Positions 38,181 to 52,300 of a stretch of 64,000 nt of DNA are shown piece after piece. The notes beneath the pieces were generated by a model, which worked only from the letters and a program-made list of their open reading frames with translations, did no database searches and was not told the DNA's origin. The translations under genes and the position numbers were made by a program. This DNA comes from Gracilinanus agilis (Eukaryota): the NCBI RefSeq assembly GCF_016433145.1, contig NC_058135.1, positions 277,537,511 through 277,601,510 on the forward strand, written 5' to 3'. Numbering within the stretch: the stretch's first letter is position 1; every line of letters begins with the position of its first letter.

Positions 38181-39837
38181 ATTGGCAAAATGAACCTTGA
38201 ACCAAGGTCTTCAGACTTTTTTTTTAGTATTTCTTCAATTCTAGCACTGCTAATCAAAGCTGTATGGTAAGTAGAAAAGAAAAATGCAAGCTAAATTAAA
38301 CAGTTCAGCAACTCACATCTGGCTTATTAGGTTTTCCTCTGAATATTCTGACTTGAACTGTTGCTTTGGCTTTTTTATGGATAAAGCTTCCCCCTCCCTT
38401 AAACCTTTATATTTTTTCTACTCCTAGCTACCCCTGTATAAAGTTCTAAATAAGTTCTGGGAAGAAATCCAACTGGAAAATTTGACATTGATTACACTTA
38501 AAAACTGGTTTGTTGACTCTATTTTCACGGTATATCTAATTGTTCTGGTATCAAAAAGGGATGCTTGTTTCACTATATAGAGCTGTTATAGGCTCCTTGA
38601 CAAGCAGACAGATCCATCATCCTATTCCAGAGAAATATGGGAACCCAAGGAGTCTTGTCTCCAGCATTTTTTGTGATGGGGGACTGAAACGATAAAAAGC
38701 TAACAATAATCTGAGATATGAGACTCATGAAAGGAAAAGAAACCTTCCATGATCACTTCACATGGGTTCACATGAGTTCAGAGCCAGAAGAAAATTCAGA
38801 GTAAGTCTAATTCAACCTCTTATTTGTCCATTTGGGAAATGGTGAGTCAGAGAAAAGGATATAATCTCAGAATTAGAAGGGATTTTAGAAGCCATGCTTT
38901 ACATTCTGCATCCAAGTTGGGAGTACTTCATAAAAAGGTCAATGAGTAAGCAATTTATTTAATTCAACCAACCTTTATTAAACAATTATTCCATATATGG
39001 CACATTGAAACAACACAGGGAAACAAAGATATGATCAAAAAAATCCCTGCCTTCAAGGAGCTTTACAGAATAGATTCACATTTATATCCATATTGTGATT
39101 TCATCTTAACAAAGTTTTACTCACTCTATTGCTCTGAAGCAAATAATAAAGTACTGCAATCTTCATTCTGAAGATGGGGAAATTAAGGCATGGAAGAGTG
39201 ACATAGTTTGATGTGTCAGACTACAAGTAAGTGTCAGACATATATATGGAATTTAAGTCTCTGCACTCTTACCTTGTGCAGGTTAGCCCATGACAATTCT
39301 CCATTTCCAAATGTGGCTGACTAGCAATTAAGTAATACAAGAAGCTGCTGTCTTCTAGTGGAAAGTATGCTGGACTAAGCATCAGGAGATACCTGTCTGA
39401 TGCCACTATTTCTTGCCTGTGTGGCCCTGGGAAAGTAGCTTCCTTTCCCTAAATCTAAGGCATCTTGCAGTAAGAACACCTGACTCTGCCCATTATTCAT
39501 GATGTTGTTCTGTACAAATTTCTCAACTTCTCTCTTTTCATTTCCTTTTATCTAATCATAAAGTTGTTATCATTAGCATATTTAAAATACACATAGCACT
39601 TAATTAGAACTGAAACTTGAGTTCAGACCAGGATAGTTTGATAGACCCCTTTCAGGTTGGGAAGTCAAGAGCTTCTCTTTAGGAAGGAAGGGAAAGTCCT
39701 ATTTTCTCCCCCTCATGGTACTATTCCATTGGCTGGCATCTCCAACAAGAGATGAAGTAATTTGTAAGCTCACCCAATGAGTATCTGAGCTAAAATTCAA
39801 GCCAATGTCATCTGAGTCCTTATCCTGTCTTTTTCCA

Positions 39838-40773
39838 CTATGCCAAGCTATGTTTGCTAATGGCTTTTCTCAGGGCCCCTTTCACATCCTTGTTTCTTAA
39901 GCTGTAGATCAGTGGGTTGAGCATTGGAGTGATGATGGTATAGAAGACAGCAATGATCTTCCCCCCAGACCGGGAGGACTTAGACTGAGGCCTCATGTAC
40001 ATGAAGATGGCTGTCCCATAGAAGAGAGCCACTACCGTCAGGTGGGAGGCACAGGTGGACAATGCTTTGAGCCTTCCTGCTGCAGAACGCATCCTAAGGA
40101 CTGACAGGAGGATGCGGGCATAGGAGATGACAATGAGGAGGAATGGAATGAAGACAATGATGATGCTAAAGATGAACACTACCAGCTCAGTGACTGAGGT
40201 GTCTGTACAGGCTAATCTCAGTACTGAGGGTACCTCACAGAAAAAGTGGTTCAGCACGTTAGGCCCACAGTAGGGCAAACTCAAGGTGAGGACATTGATC
40301 ACCATAGAACTCAGGAAGCTGCTAATCCAGGAAATGACAACCATGTGAATACAACTGCGCCTGTTCATAATGATTGTGTAGTGCAGTGGGACACAAATAG
40401 CAACATATCTGTCATACGCCATGACCCCCAAGAGGACACATTCTATCATCCCAAAAGAGAGGGAAAAATACATCTGGATGGCACAGCCAATAAAGGAGAT
40501 TGTCTTTTTCTTCCCTACCATATTGGAAAGCATTTGTGGAACATTGGTAGTGGTATAACAGATGTCTAGGAAGGACAAGTTAGTCAGGAAAAAATACATG
40601 GGAGTTTGTAGACGGGGCTCAATCTGGATTACAGTGATAATGATGAGATTGCCAAGCACTGTCAATAAGTAGAAGAATAAAAACATGATGAAAAGAACAA
40701 GTTGATCTGTTGGCTGAGAGGAGAGGCCCAAGAAAATGAACTCAGTCACAAAGGTGATATTCGCCTCTGCCAT
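39838..40773 (-). CDS. OR2AH1: Olfactory receptor, family 2-type, OR2AH1-like, intact 311 aa
   Basis: Family-2-type motifs (LQTPMYFFLTNLSFLDICYTT, HFFCEVPSVLRLAC, ALSTCASHLTVVALFYGTAIFMYMRP). Its position between OR5AR1 and an OR9G gene matches recalled human and mouse synteny for OR2AH1P/Or2ah1. The symbol rests largely on synteny. Confidence 0.8.
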   Translation of the reverse strand: MAEANITFVTEFIFLGLSSQPTDQLVLFIMFLFFYLLTVLGNLIIITVIQIEPRLQTPMYFFLTNLSFLDICYTTTNVPQMLSNMVGKKKTISFIGCAIQMYFSLSFGMIECVLLGVMAYDRYVAICVPLHYTIIMNRRSCIHMVVISWISSFLSSMVINVLTLSLPYCGPNVLNHFFCEVPSVLRLACTDTSVTELVVFIFSIIIVFIPFLLIVISYARILLSVLRMRSAAGRLKALSTCASHLTVVALFYGTAIFMYMRPQSKSSRSGGKIIAVFYTIITPMLNPLIYSLRNKDVKGALRKAISKHSLA

Positions 40774-40851
40774 ATTGGTTCTTCAAGCCAACTCAACATC
40801 TCTCAAAGGAAGATTATCTTCCATTCAAAGGATTAGTCAACTCTACCTTGT

Positions 40852-40875
40852 CTGAAAAGAACACAACCCAAACAG
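40852..40875 (-). promoter_or_regulatory. Candidate splice acceptor for the OR2AH1 coding exon
   Basis: The minus strand reads TTTGGGTTGTGTTCTTTTCAG|ACAAGG, about 78 nt upstream of the ATG. Confidence 0.4.
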
Positions 40876-42114
40876 CCCATGACTGGCAAAGATATTACAA
40901 ATAAGAACCCAAGATGCATATTTGCTTTCATAGTCTGCATAAAGAATTTGAAGTTTGAAAAGTATTTTGAGGTTTTTCTTCCCCATCTTAGGGTTAAGAA
41001 AGTGGTTTTCCTGTCAAACTTTAAACATTAATTTTAATTAAATATAATTAACAAAAAATAACACATCATAAGAAAAATATGAGACTATGTTACATACCTG
41101 CTTGCAGCCTAACTTCAAGATTTTTCTCCTCTCCTCTCCTCCATGAAGTTTGTAAAAGTATATCTACCCACATTTAGCTTTCTCTTCTCTGAATTATCCA
41201 ATCATTTGTAGTCTTATACAGTTAAAAACAAATGCAACAGTAGACAATACAAAGGTAAAAAAGAAAATTCACTCATCTCCCAAACTACAACATAAGCTTT
41301 TTGATGAGAGGGATGCTCATTCTTTTGTATCTCTCACAGTATATAAGATCACTCACTCTTTAATTGGTGTCCCCACTTTTATTCTCCAGGAAACCTGAAG
41401 AACACAAAATTCCTGAGTTCTGCCAGTGAAGTGGAAGCTCATAGGTATTCTGACCAACTCCAAACAGTGTTTTGGATCTTGTAGGCTGCCATACAAATGA
41501 ACAGAGAATTGAAGAGATCTGTGAAGGGAAAATATGTAAGGATTTGTGATCTCATTGCTATGGAATCTTCTTCCACTGATGCATATCACCACCCTCTTTT
41601 AATTCAATAGGCAACAGAGAAATTTCTGAGGCTCAGGGACATTGACTTGTCTATGATCTCATAGCTGGTAAAGGTCAGAGGTAAGATTCACATCTCAGAT
41701 TCAGATCCTGATCTCACTGACCCAATTTCCAGAACTCTATTAATACAGTGACTCTTCCTTTCTAACATCATCACCAGCAACAACATATGTAATAATAATG
41801 AAAATATATGATAGAAGGCTTTCAGATCCCCAAAGAGTTTTGTATGAATTGATTTTCTTGTCTTACACAAAAACTCAGTGAAATACATACTGTTGTTATT
41901 ATTATCCCCACTTCACAGATGAGAAAACTGAAGGTCAGAAAAACAAAATGATATGCCAGTAGTTTCAAAAGTAGTATATAGTTTTGCAAACTGTCATAAG
42001 CATGCAAGCGTGCAAGTACAAATACAAGCATTTTTTTCTTTATAGCTGTTTTTAAGTAAGGTTAGTCAAAAAGAGAATAATAATTTTTCAGGTACACCAA
42101 ACTAAGCATTTTCT

Positions 42115-42350
42115 AGGGGACATGGTGGGCAGAGTGTTGCACCTGCAGTCAGGAATACTTTAGTTTGAATTCTGCCTTAAAGATTTACCAGCTAAATGAA
42201 CCTGGGAAAATGATGCAACTTCCCAAAGCTTCAGTTTCCTCATCTAAAAATAGTTAACAACAGTAACTACCTCATGGAATGGTTGAAAGGAATAAATTAG
42301 TTCATGTATAAAATATTTGGCATAACTTAAAGCATTATATAAATGAGTTA
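42115..42350 (+). mobile_element. MIR-type CORE-SINE, representative of many (others near 3070, 7450, 11400, 15820, 16060, 36390, 47920, 52315, 62830)
   Basis: CORE CTTCAGTTTCCTCATCTAAAAA and 3' ACTACCTCATGGAATGGTTGAAAGGAATAAATTAG. Confidence 0.7.
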
Positions 42351-44059
42351 TTATTAATCATAATATATATTTAAGCATATGCAATTTACTAATTCTAGAC
42401 ATCTGGAGGAGCCCCCAAAACTTGATCCTCTTGTTTCCCATCTGTCAATGGAATAGAAGTGGGAATTTATAATAGAGATAAAAAGAATGAGGAAGGTGAA
42501 AGTAAAAAGCACTGAGAAATGTCTAATGAAAACTTGAAAAAGGAGATATAATGTGGAAGCCAATATCCAAGAGAAACATCACTATTATACAGAGAAGCAT
42601 AATAACTGATAGTCATAATAGTGACCCCAATGTCATTAAGAAAAAAAATTAAATTCATTTTTATTCCTTCCACTATCTCTCCATTCTTTCTCCCCTTGCT
42701 CTTTCTTTTCCTCACATCTTCCATTCTTTCCTCCTTTCCTCTCTTCCTCCTACATTCCCCTCCTTTCCTAAAACTTATTTGGCACTTGCATACTTTACAA
42801 ATCTAAAATTCTATAAATGTTGCTTATGTGGATGATAGCTATCCCCCACTAAAGTCATCCTCTGAAGCTTCATCTTGATGGGAAGGATAAGCTAGCATTT
42901 TAAAGACTGTGCCCATTGAGCACAAGTGATGGAAGATCCTGCCATTCTTCAAAGGCTTTGTCACAAACTTTTGGACAATATTTGGATCACCTTTGCTAAT
43001 TTCAGAGAGATTCATAATCAGATCTAATAAAGGGCAATAGATTATTCATCCATGAAAGTTCTTTAGACTATTTCTCCAGCTTTAAGGGGTTAGGTTGGAG
43101 ATGAGGGTGAGGAGGGACCTGAAGTCTTCATCAATGGACACAGCTGCCACACCAACTAAATCTCAAGCACAAATTATGACTTCTTTGTGAAAGGGCTTTT
43201 TCTAGGTGCTAGAGGAGAAATGAAGATGAATGAAAATTTTACTCCTGCCATCAAAGAAAGATAGATTCATAGACAGGTGAAGAGGAAGAGAGATTTATAG
43301 ATAGAAATGTCCAATGAGATAGATGTCTAAATAAAGACATAGATATGTAGACAGAAATGCTAATATATATAGATACACATTTACAAAAACAACAGTTCAT
43401 ACTATTGAATTATCTACAAAATAACCTACATGGAGAAGCATGGAAAGAATCATCCTAAGTGACCAGGCAAGGATGGATTTCAATGTGAATCATAAATATT
43501 TGGGCATTGAAGTATATATCCATGATTGGATACTTACATGGACCAGTGATCCCCTCAATGTGGATTCTCCTCCCACCTCATCTCATTTCACAATCTTTCC
43601 GTGCTTTATCTTTCTTGGTGGGTCTGGAATTTATACACTATAGAGTCATGACAAAAAGTTCCCTGTTTGATAGAAGGAAGCATTTTTATAGCTTTATTAT
43701 CCATCTACCTAGCTTTCCATCATGTTTTATTCTCATTTATTAAGGTATATAATTTTCACAGCTCAAATACTGAACCAAGTCCTACAAATATTGTATATTT
43801 CATGAAGTAATGAAAATGCATTTAACTCTTTTCATGCTCATCAGCATTGTCAATTCTCCATAACTAGCAAACATTTCATTCAAACAGTTTTGGCCTTTCT
43901 GGGATTTTCCATCATGTCAAGTTTATTAACACTCTATAGATCTATAACTTTTCCTTCTTAAATATGGTTCCTATTTCCATAGTCTAATGATGAAATAAAT
44001 ACATTAAAAATTTCCTTCCTCATTCCTAATTCATCACCTGCTTCCTTTTTCCTACCTTT

Positions 44060-44520
44060 CCAATATATTATTTTTATTTCACTTGTAAAAATAATCATCT
44101 TAAGATAGAGATCTGACCATGTAAGTACCTAGTTTTATCCTAGCCAATAGGATAAAATAGTTTCTCAACCTAGACTTCAAGACCCTCTGAATTCTCCTTG
44201 CAACTTACCTTTTCAGACTACTTGCACATTCCTTCTCTTCATCTTGTGTAAATTGCAGTCAAATTAGAAATGCTAATTGACCTTAATTTCTTCTCATCTT
44301 CCTAACTTCTTCTGTGCATTTTTACAAGCTGTGCCTGATGTCAGAATCACATTTTCTCTTTGTCTCTAATTTCAGAACATTTTTTTCTCCAAGGAACAAC
44401 TCAGTTGCTGCTTCTTTCTTGATGCCTTTGCTGGTTGTTGTCCAGTCACTATTAGCTGAAAGTAATCTCACTTATTTTATATTTTTATAACACTTGGTCT
44501 AGACCTCTTCTTTGTCCTTA
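44060..44520 (+). mobile_element. LINE-2 fragment
   Basis: ATCTGACCATGT…GGATAAAATAG…CTTCAAGACCCTC…CAACTTACCTTTTCAG, typical of the L2 3' region. Confidence 0.6.
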
Positions 44521-46699
44521 TTCTATCCTACTTTATAAGAAGCTGGATTTTTTCCCCTAAGTTCCATGAGGGAAAATATAAAGTCATATAGATATAGGAA
44601 GAGGTGAAGGAATGTGTAGCTTTTTTAAAAAAATCTTTTCCACTGAATCTAATATAATCAGGAGTTAAAAAGGAAGGGAAAGAGAAATTGAAGCCAGCCT
44701 AGGACAAGAGGACAAATCACCTACAAACTTCCATATTTACATGACTTGTGTCAATGGTTCAGTCAATAAAAGTATTAAACCCAGAATAATGGTAAATGTA
44801 TGAAATTTATAGATCTAGATCCTGTTCTGAAATATTAGGTCTTTGATTAATTGCTATATAGCCTCAGGAAAGACATTTTCTGGTTTACAGTTTTCTCTTC
44901 TTTAAAGATAACTGGTTGAAATTAGATGATCTCTAAGGTTTCCTCCAGCTCAAAAGTGGTGATTATAGATACTTATTTAACCAGAAACATTCCCTTATGA
45001 TACCAAAAGTTCAAGTATGGAATAGATTAAAGATATTTTTAAAAGTACAAGCGTGTATTGAAATATGTTTTCTTGTTACTTTGCCAAATCACTCCCGATA
45101 CTACTCTCTAGGGTCAAACAGAACAAGTATAATGCCTTTTTCCTTTAATCAGAACTTCAACTACTTGAAATCACATCAGATATAATGTCTTCCTTTTACT
45201 TTTTTTCTCATCCATGCCAAACCCCTCAGTTCATTTATTGTTTTTTTTTGACATGGTTTCCAGTCATGTCAGCATCCTGGTTGCTTTTCTCTTGATAGCC
45301 TGTGGATCCTTTATCATTTCTTTGTGCCAGAGTCCCCTTTTACAGCCTGATGATGCACATGAGTCCCTTCTCAGAGTAATATTTCAATATTCATAATGTA
45401 AAATACTTAGGATTATAAAGGACTTTATTTATATTTAAAGTGTAATTAAAATACATTTTAAAAAGTTAATAGACATTCTGAAATGTAATCATGTCCCCTT
45501 TGAGGGTTCATGGAACTCAGAAAAAGAACTCCTGCCCTAGAGTTTTAGTGATCTACTCCAGTGGAACTTCTTTAACTTAAAAATGCATGGATTCCACTTC
45601 TTATCAAGTTAATTAGGTTTAATGAGGTTTTTTGAAAGTATATAGAAGGAGGGAAAGTGCATTTTTGAGACTTCAAGATTGAAACAAGGAATATCTTTAG
45701 ATAAAATGTCTACTCCCATCCTAACCTTAAACTGAACATAAACTCATGATTTTTATCTAGGGCCAGGCCAGGGAAATATCTCAAATACAATTCATAAGAT
45801 ACACAAAATCATTAAAGTCTTTCTTTTACCAAAGAGTAGCCCACAGCTGTCTCAATACATCCAATGAAGCAGACCATGAAGGGGAGATGATCAAATCAAC
45901 TTAAAAAATTCCCACAATTTAAACTAATTTAATTGAGCCAAATTTTTATTTTTCAAATATTTACTGTTTCAGTTTTAGAGGTGAAATAGCCTCATAAACT
46001 GAAGACAGTCCTGGGGAAAAAGGTAAGGTCTTTACCTGACCATTCTGGAAGCATATGTAAGATGACGCCCATCTGGTATAAAATGAATAGAATAGCAATA
46101 TGAAGTTTTCATGAAAGAAATATGTAGATATGTATCTGTGTTAATGTGTGCAAATATGAGTATGTATTCCACAAAATACCCAAGAGCAAGATGCATGGAA
46201 TTATTGTCTATGCATAATCATATTTTTAATTTGAGACATTTATATATTACTTTTTAAGGAGAAGACTTGGGCATGTGACCAGGGCAATTAAATCTCTGAT
46301 CAAGCAGAGATTCATCACTTTTGGAGCCAGCTCCATTTGAATGCTGAGATTCATGAGGGAAAATGTCCCAGACCAACAATTAATCTCTAATAACTTCTGA
46401 GGTCTGGCTGCGGGGACTTTCCTTCTTTTTCCATTAGTTTTTTTTTTTTCCCATTTAATATTGTTTCATGACTGTGATTTACTAAGTTCCTACTATTGTG
46501 ATTGATGTAATTTGTCCAAAATTGTTCATCATCTGATGAGCCTCAGAATTGGTTGTTGACATTTGTCAATCTGCATGGGCTTATTATGGAAAGGTTGAGT
46601 TTGTATGCCCACTATATTCCAGACACTGTGCTAGACACTGGGGACACAAGTTAAAAAATCCATATCTACAGGGAGTAGTTTACAATAATAAAGTAAAAT

Positions 46700-47045
46700 A
46701 TATGTATATATTTTTGCTTGTCTATAATTTACGTATATATTTTACTATATCATATATTTATGTACACGTATATCTATACAATACATGCATATATGCATAT
46801 AAAACATATGCATATAAAATATATATGCATATTTATATGGTACATATACATGCGTAAATATATGTATATTTACATGCATGAACAAATTAAATATGATATA
46901 TAAACAAATACATGAATATTTTGGATGTGTAAATATATGCATGTTTTACATATATATTTATAAGCATATAATTTATATATTATATGGCACACATGTGAGT
47001 ATATGGGCATGGCATAAGTATAAAGGCATACAGTGAATAAATACA
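46700..47045. repeat. Degenerate alternating purine/pyrimidine low-complexity tract (TA/CA/TG); similar tracts near 47470-47720 and 48300-48550
   Basis: ATATGCATATAAAACATATGCATAT-type sequence throughout. Confidence 0.85.
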
Positions 47046-47652
47046 AATAGTTAACAAAGTAGTTAAATGTTTGAAAGGTTGGACACAATGGCACACTTTA
47101 TTGAACCCTTGTGTAGAGGTAGACACCACTGGCCTACATTCCATGTTCTTGGTTAATCAGAAATAATATTTTATTTCTTGACATTCTAGTGGATTAAAAT
47201 TCTGATTTTTATCAGGGAGTCAGCTTCTAATTATGTACTTCTGGTCGACACATAATGAAATTGAGCTACATTCTGTCTAAACCCTGGACTCTTTCATCTC
47301 TTCCACCCAGCTATGGTCAGACTGGTTCTTATCAGTGCTGATTTTCTATTTATTAATGGGTTGTTACCTTTTCTGCTTTTCTAAGCATTTAACACATGAA
47401 GTCTTTCCTACTTGTGTAGACAACTGGCCAAGATCTAGCCTGTATGACTTGTCAGTATTGATAGATAACAATTATAATCATGTGTGTATCCATATGTACA
47501 TTATGTGCTGATATACAATAATGTAGGTACATAGTGCATATGTAGGCATATATACTGTACATGTCCCACAAACTGTCATTCCTGACTGCTTGGACAACTG
47601 ACCTTGTTATACATTTGTGTACATAGATATTTGTTTATATGTGTTGAATATT

Positions 47653-47683
<31 letters not shown>

Positions 47684-48149
47684 GTTTATACATAGAAATA
47701 GACACACACAACACATAATGTAGATAGACGACTAAAGAGATGCAAATACACTAGTCTACTAGTCTCTTTTCACTATCTCAGTTTATATTCTCTACCTTAA
47801 AATACAGAAAACTACAATGCACAGTCAGACTTAGAGGGAATGCATGTATGTATCATAAGTGATTGCTTATGTAGAGAGAGAATAAAAAGAGAAAGAAGGG
47901 AAAAAGCACCTATTAAGGACCTACTATGTGCTAGCTATTTCTAAGCATGTTGCAAATACTATCTCATTCGCTACTCAGAAGAACCTGTGGGGTGGGTGCT
48001 ATTATTATACACATTTTTACAGTTGAAGAAATTAAGATGGATGAGCTTTAGGGATTTTCCCAGCATTATCTATTTAGTCCGAGTCTGATAAAACATTTGA
48101 ATGCAGATTTGCCTGATTTAAGGATCAGGAGCACCCATCTTCATGAGTT

Positions 48150-48305
48150 ACAATCTGGTCCCAGGCATGTACTAAGTTGTGTGACTCTGGGCAAGTCACT
48201 TAACCCTCTTTGCCTTAGTTTCTTTATCTGTAAAATGAACTAGACTGCAGTATCTTTGCCAAGAAAATCACAAATTGGGTCACTAAGAGTCAGATATGAC
48301 TGAAA
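48150..48305 (+). mobile_element. MAR1-type SINE fragment
   Basis: GTGTGACTCTGGGCAAGTCACTTAACC…CAGTATCTTTGCCAAGAAAATCAC. Confidence 0.7.
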
Positions 48306-50019
48306 TATATGTATATATATACAAATATATGTGTGTATATCTAGGTGTATGTATACTTGGAATGGCCCTCCGATCTCTTGGGATACTTCATTTCTTTCAA
48401 AACTTTGCTGAACCTTCAATATGAAGCCTTTCCAGTGTCTTGTTTACTATTACCCTCCCCACACCCCACATACTTACTCATATATATTTTACACAATGTA
48501 TACATATAAATACAGACATACATACATGCATATACACACATATATATGTTTATAATCAGTTCTCTACATAACATTTTCCTTGCCATGTAATACAAGGTCC
48601 TTAAGAGCAGAGACCATTATTTTGTGATTTTTGTATTATTTGTATTTGTATTTGTGTTTGTATTATTATTATATATTATGTATGTATTATGTATTATTTT
48701 GTGGTTTTTGTATTCCCATCTCATAGCACATTACCAGACAAGTCATACATATTGCATATATCATTTTTGATTGCTTGTTTCTCAAAATATATTTGCTGAA
48801 ATGCTAAATCACATAAAATACTTATTTTCCATAGAGATAATTTATCTGAATGGAGAATTTAATACAAAGGAAAAAGGAATAGTTAGAATGAAGAGTAGTG
48901 CCCTTCTGAAAATTCAGCTATTGCTACTCCCAAGGGGAGAACAGATTCCAATAGGGGGCAATCTCAGAGTGTGGTCGCTATTGCCCTTAGTCTAAGAGCA
49001 TTATACAGAAAGGGGCTTCAGATATGGAAATTAATGGTATTCATACTCTGGACAAAGATCCAGGGCCCATCATACTTATTAATTTTCTGTCGAAACTCAA
49101 CACTAAAAGAAGACTCTCCTGTTTTCCATGCAAGGAGATTGTAGTATAGTCAAGAGTAAAATGAGAGCATTTTTAAAATTGACTTTTCAAATTAACTTGT
49201 TTTTATTTATTTATTTATTAATTTCATTTGTGATTTATTCTTATTTTCTCAATAAACTTTTTATTAGTGAAATGAAGAATAATGGATAGGAACAAAGGGA
49301 ACCTAGTTTACCATCTAGCAAGTGTCTGGGATAGAGAATTAATGTTGTCTTCCAGTCTATTAGGTCTAACGTGCATGTGTCCTGGGAAGAGGTTGAATTT
49401 GATAGTTTTCAGCAGCTTACAGCACTAAAAAAGATAATGATTTATCATCACTCTTGAATACAACTCTTGACTCCATAGACAGACAGATTGATAGACATAT
49501 ATTTAATACTTCAGAAAATGGATAGAGACCAATCTCTGTTGTTCATTTTATAAATAACTTTTTTGTCAAGAATACCCTAAACAGTCTAAGACCTTGGGCC
49601 TTAAAAACAAACAAACAAATAACTTGGGACATAAATCCAGCTTTGCTCCCCTTTTTAGGCAGAGTAGTTTTGAGAACTCTAAAAGTGATGTTAATTTAAT
49701 TGTCCTGCCTCATCCTCCCACTCCAATTCATCTACATAGCTACCAGGGTTTTTGTTTTTGTTGTTGTTATTGTTTTCCCCCTAAAAACAGGCTTGACCAT
49801 GTTTCTTTCTCAATAAATTCAAGTGGTTCTCTATTACTTTCAGGTACAAATATAAATTACTCTGGTTAGATTTATTTTTCAATTATCAAACCTATTTTTC
49901 TCCATTCTAGCCCTCATCTGTAAAAATAAAACAAAAAAGATATAGAAACACCTGTTAAAAATAAGCGTAATCAGTTTAAATGAGCACTCACAATGTTCAT
50001 GTCCAAAATATATGCCTTG

Positions 50020-52300
50020 TTTGGCGTATTAGTCAATCCATTCTTTGTTATAAGAACCATGTTATAAGAACCACTCTGAAATTGTGATGGGTCATTGCCT
50101 AGATCAAAATTCTTAAGTTGTCAGAATTCTTCATTTTAAAAGTATTGGTATTAAAACAAAATATTTCCTTCCCTTTTTTCTTGATTCTATTTCATTTCAT
50201 ATAAATCTTCCCAAGTTTCTGTGAAACCATCTCTTCCTAAGAGGAAAGTCAATATTTCATTTCACTTGTACACCATAATTAGTTTGGCTCTTTCCAAATT
50301 GATTGTTACAATTTAAATTTCAAGATCTTTTCCACAATATAAAACCATCTAAATATTTGTGTAAACACACACACACATACATACATATATATATATATAT
50401 ATGCATAGATGAACTTTTATTTCTTTTGTTCTCTTTGAAGCATAAGGCTAGCTGAAGTGTCAAAATTATGTTATTTTTTCTAAATCTATAAAGTAATTAT
50501 TTGATAATGTGATTGGTGTAATATTTAATAATTAATTAATTTAGATAGTATTGCCACTTTTATTGGATTGTGGGAATAATTCATAATTATATAATTAGGT
50601 CTGTCTTATTCTATAAACATCATTTTGTAGTTGTATTCATAACATTCCTATATTTATTGCTTCAGACAGACTCCTAAGTATTTTATAAATTCTGCCAGTT
50701 TTAAGTTGAATTCTTCTTTTTTCCCCCACTGGATTTCATTGGTAATATATAGGGAGACTGATATTTTCCATGCCTTAATTTTAAATCCTGTATTTTTACT
50801 TGAAAGTTATTTTCATCAGTTGTATTTGATTCTCTAGAATTTTCTAAATATACTATAATAAAAACTGGAAAATAAATAATTTAATTTTTTTCCTTGCTCT
50901 TCTTTTTCTTTAATATTTTTCTTTACGTTGTTGTTGTAGTCAGCATTTCTAGCACTACATTAAAGAGAAATGTTATAATGGACATGTTTGCTTCCCCTTT
51001 TATCTTACTAGAGAGGATTCTGATTAGTTGTTGTTATATATGATACTGACTCTGCTTAAGTTACATGGTATTTAAGATGCTAAGGACATTTCATCTATTG
51101 CTGTTTTTCATTATTTTGGTTTGTTTGATTTTAAGAGGAAAATTTTTTGGTCAAAAAATCAATAATTTTTGCTGTTATTTCATTATTGTCTAGTATTATG
51201 TTCTTTGATTAATATGATTGATTATTTTTTTTTGTTTCCTTAATGATAAAAATAACTTTACACTCCTGTTTTGGTCATAGCATACAGTCTTTGATGTTAT
51301 GAAACTATATCCTCTTTCCTAATATTGATTTAATAATTTATTTATATATAATACATATAATTCATTTAAAATGTCATCAATGTTTATTAGATTTTGTCTA
51401 TAGTTTTCTTTATTTTCTCACTCCACTTTTTTCCCACTTCCCTTCCTAACTCTTTAAATTTCTTTACCATTCCCTAGAAATGGTTTCAACCTTAAATATA
51501 TATTTGCCTCCGTGCCCCATCTGCAGAGGTTTTTTTTTTCCCCTAGAGTATTTATTTGGAGAAAGAACCAGGCCAGCCGTGTTCATTTCTATATTCCTGA
51601 TTCTTTCTTGATTGACAAATTCTCTATCATGCCCTGATATTGGTACATTTTTTTTACCTAAACTATGATTTTCAATTCTTTCCTCCATGTGGTCTTCACT
51701 TATTCAAGCATAATCTCCTTAAGGTCAAGAACTATTTTTCCTTTTGCTTTTATTGGTATTATCAGAAATTAGCACAGAGTTATATTTTAATAAATGTTTT
51801 TATTTTCCTTGATTTTGGCATCAAGAAAAAAACCATAACATAGAAGGGATTTGGTGAAATATTTATTTTTTTCCAGATATTTTATGTAATATCAAAATTA
51901 ATTCTTCTATAAAGGTTTGATAAAGTTTACTTGGGAATTTTACTCTGGATTTTTTTTAGTCTTTGAAACTTTACTTCTGAATTGCAAAATTTCTTTTTTC
52001 TGAAATTGGGTTATATCAGTTTTATATTTGTTTTTCTATTCATTTGTTTATTTAATATGCTTTTGCAAATATACATCTATTTAATCCGAGATGTTGGTAT
52101 TTTGTCATATATTTTGACAAAATAAGTTCTAATAATATCTTTTTTTATATTTTGTGAAAAATTTTTATAATGGGAATTGAGTTTTGATTTTTGGTTTTAG
52201 CAAACAGTTAATTGTATTTCTATTTTATTGGCTTTTTAAAACATTATACTTTCTAGTTAAATGGATTTAAATTTTTTTTCTCTTTCAGCATTAATATTAC
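50020..52300 (-). mobile_element. Very old, degraded L1 ORF2/3' fragments
   Basis: T-rich stretch with antisense L1-like blocks such as TTTCACTTGTACACCATAATTAGTTTGG and TAAAGGTTTGATAAAGTTTACTTGGGAA. Confidence 0.45.

Noticed and set aside
38295-38362. 9-bp inverted repeat AACAGTTCA / TGAACTGTT
   Set aside because: Too short to be significant in 64 kb, with no TSD or other transposon hallmarks.
46549-47094. Cluster of overlapping Y/I/H/M-rich ORFs
   Set aside because: They arise from degenerate TA/CA/TG dinucleotide sequence.
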